Positions 8,146 through 15,528 of a DNA stretch of 64,000 nt are shown here, in pieces. The position numbers and the translations under genes are program-made. The stretch is from an uncultured Actinomycetes bacterium. GTDB taxonomy: Bacteria > Actinomycetota > Thermoleophilia > Gaiellales > Gaiellaceae. The notes below the pieces were generated by a model. That model ran no database searches. It was not told the origin of the DNA and worked only from the letters and a program-made list of their open reading frames with translations. The stretch lies in contig CAVUQB010000005.1 in NCBI GenBank assembly GCA_963743545.1, forward strand, positions 998,723-1,062,722. The letters are read 5' to 3'. Every line of letters starts with the position of its first letter. The first letter of the stretch is position 1.

Positions 8146-8951
8146 GGGGTTGGTTCTCCCGCGAGTACGAGCCGGTCAAGACAGTCGAGCCCGGCGGGGC
8201 CGTCTCGTTCCAGGTGCCGAATGCCGGCTGGTTCTGGGATCGCGACGTCGAGCCCGAGCGGCCGGAAGGTGCCGGCCATGCGCTGTACGGGCCGGTCGAG
8301 GTCCGAGGCGCGCGGGCCGGCCAGACGCTCGTCGTGCGCGTGGACGAAGTCGTGCCTCGCGACTGGGGACGGACATGGGCCGACGGCGAGACGTTCACGT
8401 GGTCGCGCGACGGTGACCGGTGGCAGCTCGGCGAGCGCCGCGTCCGCTCGGCGCCGTTCCTCGGCGTGATCGGGATGCCGCCGCCGGAGCCCGGGGAGCA
8501 CTCGACGACCCCGCCGCGGCGCTGGGGCGGGAACATCGACTGCAAGGAGCTCGTCGCCGGCACGACGCTCTTCCTCCCGATCCCGGTCGACGGCGGGCTG
8601 CTGATGGCGGGCGACGGCCACGGCGCGCAAGGCGACGGCGAGGTGTCGGGGACCGCGATCGAGTGCCCGCTCGAGCGGGCGACGCTCACGCTCGACCTCG
8701 ATGACCGCGACCTTCGTTCTCCAATCGCCCGCACCACGGATTCCTGGCTTGCTCTCGGCTTCGACGAGGACCTCGATGCCGCCGCCGAGCATGCGCTGGC
8801 GACGATGCTCGACCTGATGGAGCGTGAGCTCGGCGTCTCCCGTCCCGAGGCGCTCGCGCTGGCGAGCGTGGCCGTCGACCTCCGGGTCACGCAGGTCGTG
8901 AACCAGGTCAAAGGCGTGCACGCGGTCCTCCGCGACGACGCGATCCGCTAG
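8142..8951 (+). CDS. acetamidase/formamidase family protein
   Basis: PPRRWGGNIDCKELVAGTTLFLPIPVDGGLLMAGDGHGAQGDGEVSGTAIECP is characteristic of the FmdA/AmdA family. I placed the start at GTG 8142, giving a GTGA overlap with the HIRAN stop. The N-terminal part of the 7821..8951 track ORF overlaps the HIRAN gene and is Arg/Ala-rich filler. Confidence 0.75.
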   Translation: MRGWFSREYEPVKTVEPGGAVSFQVPNAGWFWDRDVEPERPEGAGHALYGPVEVRGARAGQTLVVRVDEVVPRDWGRTWADGETFTWSRDGDRWQLGERRVRSAPFLGVIGMPPPEPGEHSTTPPRRWGGNIDCKELVAGTTLFLPIPVDGGLLMAGDGHGAQGDGEVSGTAIECPLERATLTLDLDDRDLRSPIARTTDSWLALGFDEDLDAAAEHALATMLDLMERELGVSRPEALALASVAVDLRVTQVVNQVKGVHAVLRDDAIR

Positions 8952-8967
8952 GACTGTCGATCCGCTA
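8941..8967 (+). repeat. 11-bp perfect direct repeat CGATCCGCTAG x2 (6-bp spacer) at the 3' end of the formamidase gene
   Basis: cgatccgctag gactgt cgatccgctag. The first copy contains the TAG stop. Confidence 0.9.
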
Positions 8968-8977
8968 GAACTGCCGT

Positions 8978-10084
8978 GTGGCCTACGAGTTCAAGCTGCC
9001 CGACCTCGGCGAGGGCCTGACCGAAGGCGAGATCGCCCGCTGGCTCGTCGCGGAGGGTCAGGAGATCGCCGAGGACGCGCCGCTCGTCGAGATCGCAACC
9101 GACAAGACGACGGTCGAGATCCCGTCCCCGGCTGCCGGAACCGTGTCCCGGATCCTCGTCGCGGAGGGCGAGGTCGTCCCGGTCGGCACGGTGCTCGTCG
9201 TGATCGGCGGCGACGGCTCCGCGGGACCGGTCCAGGTGTCAGACACCGAGACACCTCCGAAGCAGACACCCGCGCCGACTCGCCGCGACGACACGGCGAA
9301 GGTGCGGGCCACGCCGCTGGTGCGCAAAGTGGCTCAGGAGCTGGGAGTGGACCTCGGCTCGGTGGCCGGCACCGGCCCGCAGGGGCGGATCACCGAGGAG
9401 GACGTTCGCGCGGCCGCCGGCTCTTCCGGCCCTGTCCAGGTGTCAGACACCGAGACCGGTCCCGCAGGGACGCACGTGCCGCTGCGCGGGGTGCGCAGGC
9501 AGATGTTCGAGCACCTGACGCTTGCGCACGAGATCCCGGCGGTGACCTGGGTCGAGGAGTGCGACTTCTCGGAGGTCGACCTGAAGCGCCTCGTCCCGCT
9601 CGTCCTCCACGCCGTCGCCGAGTCACTCCGCGAGTTCCCGGAGCTGAACGCGCGCGTCGAGGACGGAGAGCTCGTGCTGCTCGACCGCTGCGACATCGGC
9701 GTCGCCGTCCAGACCGAGCAGGGGCTCGTCGTCCCGGTCGTCCACGGCGCCCACCAGCTCGAGCTCGACGAGCTCGCTGCCGAGGTACGGCGTCTCGCGG
9801 AGAGCGCGAACGCGGGGACGCTCAAGCCCGAGGAGCTGCGCGGCGGAACCTTCACGATCACGAGCGCCGGCAAGGCTGCGGGCTTGTTCGTGACGCCGCT
9901 GATCAACCATCCCGAGGTGGCGATCCTCGGCATCCACCGGATCGAGCCGCGCGCGGTCGTGCGGGACGGCGAGGTGGTCGTCGGCACGATGGGGAACCTC
10001 TCGGTCACCTTCGACCATCGCGTGATCGACGGCAAACGCGCCGCCGAGTTCGGGCTCGCGGTGATCTCCCGGCTGGAGAGCTAG
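8978..10084 (+). CDS. 2-oxoacid dehydrogenase E2 component (dihydrolipoamide acyltransferase)
   Basis: Lipoyl domain (VEIATDKTTVEIPSP), E3-binding domain (ATPLVRKVAQELGVDLGSVAGTGPQGRITEEDV) and catalytic domain with the DHRVIDG motif. Confidence 0.92.
   Translation: MAYEFKLPDLGEGLTEGEIARWLVAEGQEIAEDAPLVEIATDKTTVEIPSPAAGTVSRILVAEGEVVPVGTVLVVIGGDGSAGPVQVSDTETPPKQTPAPTRRDDTAKVRATPLVRKVAQELGVDLGSVAGTGPQGRITEEDVRAAAGSSGPVQVSDTETGPAGTHVPLRGVRRQMFEHLTLAHEIPAVTWVEECDFSEVDLKRLVPLVLHAVAESLREFPELNARVEDGELVLLDRCDIGVAVQTEQGLVVPVVHGAHQLELDELAAEVRRLAESANAGTLKPEELRGGTFTITSAGKAAGLFVTPLINHPEVAILGIHRIEPRAVVRDGEVVVGTMGNLSVTFDHRVIDGKRAAEFGLAVISRLES
9230..9455 (+). repeat. 22-bp perfect direct repeat (gtccaggtgtcagacaccgaga) at 9230-9251 and 9434-9455, encoding GPVQVSDTET linkers
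   Basis: Both copies read directly. They are in frame, 204 bp apart, and bracket the E3-binding domain of E2. Confidence 0.9.
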
Positions 10085-10106
10085 ACCCGGGCGTTACGGT
10101 TCCCCT

Positions 10107-10544
10107 GTGGGCTCCTGGTACTGGATCGGTGTGAGCGCCGGGCTCGGCGCGGCGGTCGGCGTCCTCTTCGGCGGAGTCGCCGGCAACGGCCGCGGCGGGA
10201 GGATCGCCGCCATCCTGCTGGCCGGTGCCGTGGGTGCCGGGATCGGTTTCGAGGTCGCGAGCTGGCAGTCGGGCGGCTGGGGTGACCGCGCCGCCGGAAT
10301 CGCAGGAGGCGTCGCGGGAGCGCTCTGCGCGACACAGACCGTGAGCGGCGCACTCAGGCGCGGCGGCTCGCGCGTCGCCACGGGGGTGCTCGTCACCGCA
10401 GGCGCGATTGTTGTCGCCGCGCTCGCCTGGATCCCGGCGGCCGGGTACCTGATAGTGCTCGTGCTGCTGGCTCTCCTGCCGCTGCTGAGGCGCTCGCGAC
10501 CGGAGCGATACGCCGGCTTGCGGACGCTCGCGCGAGACGAGTAG
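10107..10544 (+). CDS. hypothetical Gly/Ala-rich integral membrane protein
   Basis: 145 aa with about 4 hydrophobic segments (WYWIGVSAGLGAAVGVLFGGVAG, IAAILLAGAVGAGIGF, ...). No recognisable family. Confidence 0.5.
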   Translation: MGSWYWIGVSAGLGAAVGVLFGGVAGNGRGGRIAAILLAGAVGAGIGFEVASWQSGGWGDRAAGIAGGVAGALCATQTVSGALRRGGSRVATGVLVTAGAIVVAALAWIPAAGYLIVLVLLALLPLLRRSRPERYAGLRTLARDE

Positions 10545-10552
10545 ACCCGCAC

Positions 10553-11872
10553 ATGCCCCAGAAGCTCGTGCTCGTCGTAGTGGACGGGATGACCCCGGCG
10601 GCCTTCGAACGTGCGGTCGAGAGTGGCCGCACGCCGGCTCTCGCCTTCCTCGCCGAGCACGGCGACTACCGGCAGGCGACCTCGGTCTTCCCGTCGCTCA
10701 CGCCCGTCTGCCTCACGTCGATCGCGACGGGCGCCGGCCCGGGCGTGCACCATATTCCCTCGCTGGTCTGGTGGAACCGGCAAGAGCGCCGGATCGTCGA
10801 GTACGGGTCCTCCTTCGCGGCGCTCCGCAAGGCCGGGTTCTCGCGGGGGCTCCTCGACACCATCCTCAACATGAACGCCCGCCACCTCTCGCGCGACGCG
10901 GTGACGATCTACGAGGCGCTCGAGGACGCCGGCTTCGTCTCGGGCGCGGTGAACATCACCTGTTATCGCGGTCGGCATCGCTATCTGCCGACCGTTCCCG
11001 GTACGGGCCGCGCCGCCTACGGGCCGCGCCGCTTCTTCTTCTACGGCCTGTTCGAGTCGGACCGGACCGGAGCGCCGTTCGCGGTCCGCAGCCGTCGTAC
11101 CGGCTCGGTCGACGCCTACGCCGCCGCTGTCGGGCGTTGGCTTGTCACGCGCGACGGCTTCGACTTCCTCGCCTTCTACCTCTCCGGCTACGACTTCGCC
11201 TCCCATGCGGCCGGCCCGGACGGCGCCGCGGCCGACCACGCGCTCGAGCAGGCTGACGCGGCGATCCGCGCGCTGCTCGACGCGGCCGGCGGGCCGGACG
11301 AGTTCCTCGAGCGCTACGCGGTCGTGCTCCTCTCCGACCACGGTCAGACGAAGGTCGAGCAGGTCGCGCGCCTGCAGGAGCCGTTCGCGGAGCTCGCGGA
11401 CGAGGTGCTGGTGACGGCATCGAACCGGGCCGGGCAGGTCTACCTCCTGCCGGACGCGCGGGTGGACGCGGCGGGGCTCGCCCGGCGCCTGGACGGCAGG
11501 CCGGCGGTGGACGTCACGCTCCGCCTCGAGGACGGCGAGGTCGTCGCCCGGCGCGACGGCGCGGACGTTCCGGTCGAGCAGCTGGAGCATCCCGACGCCG
11601 CCTGGCGCGCCCGTTCGGCGCTCTTGAACCCGAACGCCGGCGAGCTGCTCGTGTCCGCGGCGGAGGGCTGGGAGCTCGCCGACCTCGGCGGCCGCCATCA
11701 CGCGGGCGGCGGCAGCCACGGCTCACTCGTCGCCGGCGACTCGTTCGCGCCGGTCGTGACCGTTGGGCTCCGCACGGAGGTGCGCCGCATCACGGACGTG
11801 GCTCCGGCGGTCCTCGCACACTTCGGCGTGGCGGTGCCCGAGTCGATGGAGGCGCCGGCCGGTGTCGGCTGA
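10553..11872 (+). CDS. alkaline phosphatase superfamily protein (type I phosphodiesterase/nucleotide pyrophosphatase-like)
   Basis: LVLVVVDGMTPAAFE ... FPSLTPVCLTSIATGAGPGVHHIP ... LLSDHGQT are the metal-site motifs of the AP/NPP superfamily. Confidence 0.75.
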   Translation: MPQKLVLVVVDGMTPAAFERAVESGRTPALAFLAEHGDYRQATSVFPSLTPVCLTSIATGAGPGVHHIPSLVWWNRQERRIVEYGSSFAALRKAGFSRGLLDTILNMNARHLSRDAVTIYEALEDAGFVSGAVNITCYRGRHRYLPTVPGTGRAAYGPRRFFFYGLFESDRTGAPFAVRSRRTGSVDAYAAAVGRWLVTRDGFDFLAFYLSGYDFASHAAGPDGAAADHALEQADAAIRALLDAAGGPDEFLERYAVVLLSDHGQTKVEQVARLQEPFAELADEVLVTASNRAGQVYLLPDARVDAAGLARRLDGRPAVDVTLRLEDGEVVARRDGADVPVEQLEHPDAAWRARSALLNPNAGELLVSAAEGWELADLGGRHHAGGGSHGSLVAGDSFAPVVTVGLRTEVRRITDVAPAVLAHFGVAVPESMEAPAGVG

Positions 11873-12491
11873 CGAGCGCGCGCGGATGGTGGAGTCGCAG
11901 CTCCGCCGGCGCGGCATCGGTGACGAGCGCGTGCTCGCGGCGATGGAACGCGTCCCGCGCGAGCTCTTTCTCCCGTCGGAGCTGCGAGACGACGCCTACG
12001 CGGACGCCGCATTGCCGATCGGCGGCGACCAGACGATCTCCCAGCCGTACATGGTCGCGCTCATCTGCGAGCACCTCGCCCTGCAGGTCGGCGAGCGCGT
12101 GCTCGACGTCGGGACGGGCTCGGGCTATCAGGCCGCGGTACTCGCAGAGCTCGCCGGCGAGGTCCACACCATCGAACGGATTCCCGAGCTCGCGGAAGGG
12201 GCGCGCGCGAGTCTCGCGGCGGCCGGTTACGCCGACCGCGTCCGGCTCCACGTCGGCGACGGGACGCGGGGCGTTCCGGAATGCGCGCCGTTCGCCGGGA
12301 TCGCCGTTGCCGCCGCTGCGCTCGAAGCCCCGCCCGTGCTCTACGAGCAGCTCGAGCCGCGCGGCCGTCTCGTCGTCCCGGTCGGCGGCTCGAATGGCCA
12401 GTGGCTAGAGGTCGTCGTGCGGACACCCGAAGGGCCGGCCGTCCTGCGCACCGTTCCCTGCCGTTTCGTGCCGCTGGTGGCGGAGCTCTAG
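11862..12491 (+). CDS. pcm: protein-L-isoaspartate O-methyltransferase
   Basis: RELFLP...AYAD.ALPIG.DQTISQPYMVA...VLDVGTGSGYQAAVLAEL. Start set at GTG 11862, overlapping the upstream stop, which gives a typical length of about 209 aa. Confidence 0.88.
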   Translation: MSADERARMVESQLRRRGIGDERVLAAMERVPRELFLPSELRDDAYADAALPIGGDQTISQPYMVALICEHLALQVGERVLDVGTGSGYQAAVLAELAGEVHTIERIPELAEGARASLAAAGYADRVRLHVGDGTRGVPECAPFAGIAVAAAALEAPPVLYEQLEPRGRLVVPVGGSNGQWLEVVVRTPEGPAVLRTVPCRFVPLVAEL

Positions 12492-12512
12492 GAGCTACCC
12501 TCGCTGGCGATC

Positions 12513-12962
12513 GTGGGACGCCCGGCCGCCACTCTCCAGCCTCCGCGGCGGCGTCTGGTCGCGTCGCTCCTCTCCGCCCGCAACTGGCAGCAGCTCGGGA
12601 AGTTCTGCGCGGTCGGCGCGGTCGGCTACCTCATCAATCTCGCGGTCTACGACTTCCTGCTGCACGCGGGGCTCCACTACCTCCTCGCCGCGACGTGCTC
12701 GTTCCTCGTCGCCGTGACGAGCAACTACACCTGGAACCGGCTCTGGACCTTCCGTGCCCAGCGCGGACACGTCGGCGTGCAGGGGCTGCGGTTCTTCCTC
12801 GTCTCGCTGGCCGCCCTCGGGGCGAACCTCGTCGTGCTCGATCTGCTGGTCGCCGACGGCGGGCTCGGCAGGCTCGCCGCGCAGGCCGTCGCGATCGTGC
12901 TCGTGACGCCGCTCAACTTCGTCGGAAACAAGCTCTGGTCGTTCCGTCGGCAGCGGGGCTGA
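12513..12962 (+). CDS. GtrA family protein
   Basis: 149 aa with 4 TM segments. KFCAVGAVGYLINLAVYDFLL ... PLNFVGNKLWSFR is the GtrA-like signature. Confidence 0.8.
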   Translation: MGRPAATLQPPRRRLVASLLSARNWQQLGKFCAVGAVGYLINLAVYDFLLHAGLHYLLAATCSFLVAVTSNYTWNRLWTFRAQRGHVGVQGLRFFLVSLAALGANLVVLDLLVADGGLGRLAAQAVAIVLVTPLNFVGNKLWSFRRQRG

Positions 12963-12976
12963 GTAGCCTTCGCGCG

Positions 12977-14851
12977 GTGAGGGGTCTCCTCGCCGCCGCC
13001 CTCGCCGCCCTCGCTGTCGCCGTCTTCGCTCCCGCGGCGTTCGCGTCGACCGGCACCACCTCCACGGGGCCGGTCTTCGACGGCAAGGGCCATCTCGTAC
13101 AGACGCCGCTCGTCCCGGCGTCGCCGCTCGTCACGCAGAAGCGGGCGCAGCTCACGCAGAAGCACGTGCTCCGGGAGTTCGAGCGCTACCCGAAGGTCGC
13201 GGCCTGGCTCTCGCGCTATCCGCAGAAGGGCCGCACCCATGAGGCGACGTACGACGCGAAGACGAACGAGTGGACGGTCAAGATCTGGTGGGGGAATGCC
13301 GGCGAGATCGCCGAGGGCACGGTGGTCGACGCGACCGGCGAGGTGACGGAGGCGTTCACGGGCCCGCAGGTGGCGTGGGGGATGGCGCGCGGCTCGCCGG
13401 GCGCGTTCGGCGGTACGGCGATCAACAACCCGTGGGTCTGGGGGACGTTCTGCGTCGTCTTCCTCGTCGGCCTCGGCGACTGGAAGCGGCCGTTCTCGCT
13501 CCGCAACCTCGACCTGCTGTTCCTGCTCTCGCCGACCGCTTCGCTCTGGTACTTCAACCACGGACACGTATTCGCGGCGGTGCCGCTCTTCTATCCGCTG
13601 CTCATCTGGGTGATCCTGCGCGGGACGTGGATCGGGGTGCGCAACCGGGGCACCGCGGGCGCGCCACGCTGGCCGGTCTGGGCGCTGCTCGGCGCCACGA
13701 TCTTCCTCTGCGGCTTCCGGGTCGGGCTCAACGTGCAGCGCTCGAACGTGATCGACGTCGGCTACTCGGGTGTGATCGGGGCGGAGCGGATCGTGAAGGG
13801 ACAGGCGCCGTGGGGGAACTTTCCCGTCGAGAACACGAAGAAGTCGTGCGGCACGGCGGACTCCTCGGGCGAGATCCGCGACTGGATCCAGACCAACGGC
13901 CGCTGTGAGAGCGCGAACCCGGACGGCGACACGTACGGCCCGGTCGCGTACGAGTCGTACATCCCCGGCTACGCGATCCTCGGCTGGACCGGGAAGTGGG
14001 ACGACCTGCCGGCGGCGCACTTCACCTCCATCGCCTTCGACCTGCTCACGCTGCTCGGTCTCTTCCTCGTCGGCCTGCGCTTCGGCGGGCAGCGGCTCGG
14101 GGCGGTGCTCGCGTTCGCCTGGGCGGCGTATCCCTTCACGCAGTACGTCTCGAACTCGAACACGAACGACGCGATCATGCCCTGCTTCCTCGTCTGGGGG
14201 TTCTGGCTCGTCTCGAAACCGGCGGCCCGCGGCGTGCTGGCGGCGCTCGCGGGCTGGACGAAGTTCGCCTCGCTGCTCGTCGTGCCGCTGTGGCTCACCT
14301 ACCCGGGCCGCAAGCCGAGTTGGCGCTTCGCGCTCGGCTTCGCCGGCGCCACCCTCGCCGCCTTTTCGATCCTGCTCCTGTCACCGCACCCGCTGCACGA
14401 GGCGCACGTCTTCTGGACCCGGACCGTGGGCTTCCAGATCGGACGCGCGGCGCCGTGGTCGCTCTGGGACTGGGGCCAGTACCACGCGCGCGGGCTCCCC
14501 GACCTCCACATCGTCCAGCACCTCCTGCAGGGGATGCTCATCGCCGGCGCGGTCGTCGTGGCGTTCCTGCCGAGCCGCAAGTCGCCGCTGCAGCTCGCCG
14601 CGTTCACCGCAGTCCTGCTCGCCGGCTTCGAGCTGGTCGTGACGTACTGGCTCTACACGTACATCCCGTGGTTCTACCCCTTCGCCGCGATCGCCCTGCT
14701 CGCGCCGGCCATACCGCTGCGCCGGCTCGTCACGCAGTCAAGCGGGGACGCGGACGAGCTCGATCGCCTGAGCCTGCCCGGAGTCGGTGCACGTGACGAG
14801 GGCGCCCTCCAGCCGCACGTCGCCTTCGGCGGGCTCGAACCGGACGGGTAG
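12977..14851 (+). CDS. GT-C-fold membrane glycosyltransferase-like protein with an N-terminal signal peptide and a PepSY-like extracytoplasmic domain
   Basis: GTG 12977 gives VRGLLAAALAALAVAVFAPAAFAS. Next comes EWTVKIWWGNAGEIAEGTVVDATGEVTEA (PepSY-like), then more than 10 TM segments with a loop pattern resembling polyprenol-phosphate-sugar-dependent GT-C enzymes (DUF2029/GT87-like). It sits next to GtrA. The upstream part of track ORF 12281.. overlaps pcm and GtrA and is rejected. Confidence 0.6.
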   Translation: MRGLLAAALAALAVAVFAPAAFASTGTTSTGPVFDGKGHLVQTPLVPASPLVTQKRAQLTQKHVLREFERYPKVAAWLSRYPQKGRTHEATYDAKTNEWTVKIWWGNAGEIAEGTVVDATGEVTEAFTGPQVAWGMARGSPGAFGGTAINNPWVWGTFCVVFLVGLGDWKRPFSLRNLDLLFLLSPTASLWYFNHGHVFAAVPLFYPLLIWVILRGTWIGVRNRGTAGAPRWPVWALLGATIFLCGFRVGLNVQRSNVIDVGYSGVIGAERIVKGQAPWGNFPVENTKKSCGTADSSGEIRDWIQTNGRCESANPDGDTYGPVAYESYIPGYAILGWTGKWDDLPAAHFTSIAFDLLTLLGLFLVGLRFGGQRLGAVLAFAWAAYPFTQYVSNSNTNDAIMPCFLVWGFWLVSKPAARGVLAALAGWTKFASLLVVPLWLTYPGRKPSWRFALGFAGATLAAFSILLLSPHPLHEAHVFWTRTVGFQIGRAAPWSLWDWGQYHARGLPDLHIVQHLLQGMLIAGAVVVAFLPSRKSPLQLAAFTAVLLAGFELVVTYWLYTYIPWFYPFAAIALLAPAIPLRRLVTQSSGDADELDRLSLPGVGARDEGALQPHVAFGGLEPDG

Positions 14852-15514
14852 CGGGGTCCGCATCCGGGCGATCGCGAGCTCGGACTTCACGCCGATCACC
14901 GAGTCGTGCGGCCCGGTCATCCCCGCGTCGCTGAGGGCAGCGGTGCCGCCGGGGAGGATGCGCGCGTCGTTCGTCTGGATGTGCGTGTGCGTGCCGATCA
15001 CTGCGGTGACGCGGCCGGCGAGCCAGGTCGCGAGCGCGACCTTCTCGCTCGTCGCCTCGGCATGGAAGTCGACGAAGACGACCGGTGCCGCGGCCCGCGC
15101 CTCCTCGACGAGCGCGTCGACGATCTCCCACGGGGAGACCGGCGTCGGCAGGAAGAGCTGGCCGAGCAGGTTGATCACGGCGACGGAGACGCCGTTCCGC
15201 GCCTCGACGACGGCGAGCCCGCGGCCCGGCGCCTCCGAGCCCGAGTTCGCCGGCCGGATCACCCGCTCGCTGGCGGCGAGGTAGGACGCGATTCCGCCGC
15301 GGCGGTACGTGTGGTTGCCGAGCGTGACCACGTCCGCTCCGGCCGCGAGGAGCTTGTCGGCGAGCTTCGCCGTGATGCCGGCCCCGTCCGCGGCGTTCTC
15401 ACCGTTGACGATCGCGAGGTCGGCGTCGTACCGCTCGCGCAGCGCCGGCAGGTGGTCCTCGATAGCGCGGCGACCGGGGACGCCGAACACATCTGCGAGA
15501 AAGAGGATCTTCAG
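14738..15514 (-). CDS. ymdB: YmdB-family metallophosphoesterase (TIGR00282-like 2',3'-cyclic-nucleotide phosphodiesterase)
   Basis: (L)KILFLADVFGVPGR...IVNGENAADGAGIT...TLGNHT...DFHAEATSEK...GTHTHIQTND. The family N-terminus (MRILFIGDV..) aligns to a CTG codon at 15514-15512. No ATG/GTG/TTG is available without losing the metal-binding Asp. Confidence 0.85.
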   Translation of the reverse strand: MKILFLADVFGVPGRRAIEDHLPALRERYDADLAIVNGENAADGAGITAKLADKLLAAGADVVTLGNHTYRRGGIASYLAASERVIRPANSGSEAPGRGLAVVEARNGVSVAVINLLGQLFLPTPVSPWEIVDALVEEARAAAPVVFVDFHAEATSEKVALATWLAGRVTAVIGTHTHIQTNDARILPGGTAALSDAGMTGPHDSVIGVKSELAIARMRTPLPVRFEPAEGDVRLEGALVTCTDSGQAQAIELVRVPA

Positions 15515-15528
15515 GAGGTGGTGCCTTT

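Noticed and set aside
10094-11719. 541-aa minus-strand ORF
   Set aside because: It lies antisense to the membrane protein and the AP-superfamily gene, which have recognisable motifs. Its own translation is low-complexity and Arg/Ala/Gly/Pro-rich.
12281-12976. N-terminal 230 codons of the 856-aa track ORF 12281..14851
   Set aside because: This stretch overlaps pcm and the GtrA gene in other frames and is Arg/Ala-rich. A GTG at 12977 gives a clean signal peptide.
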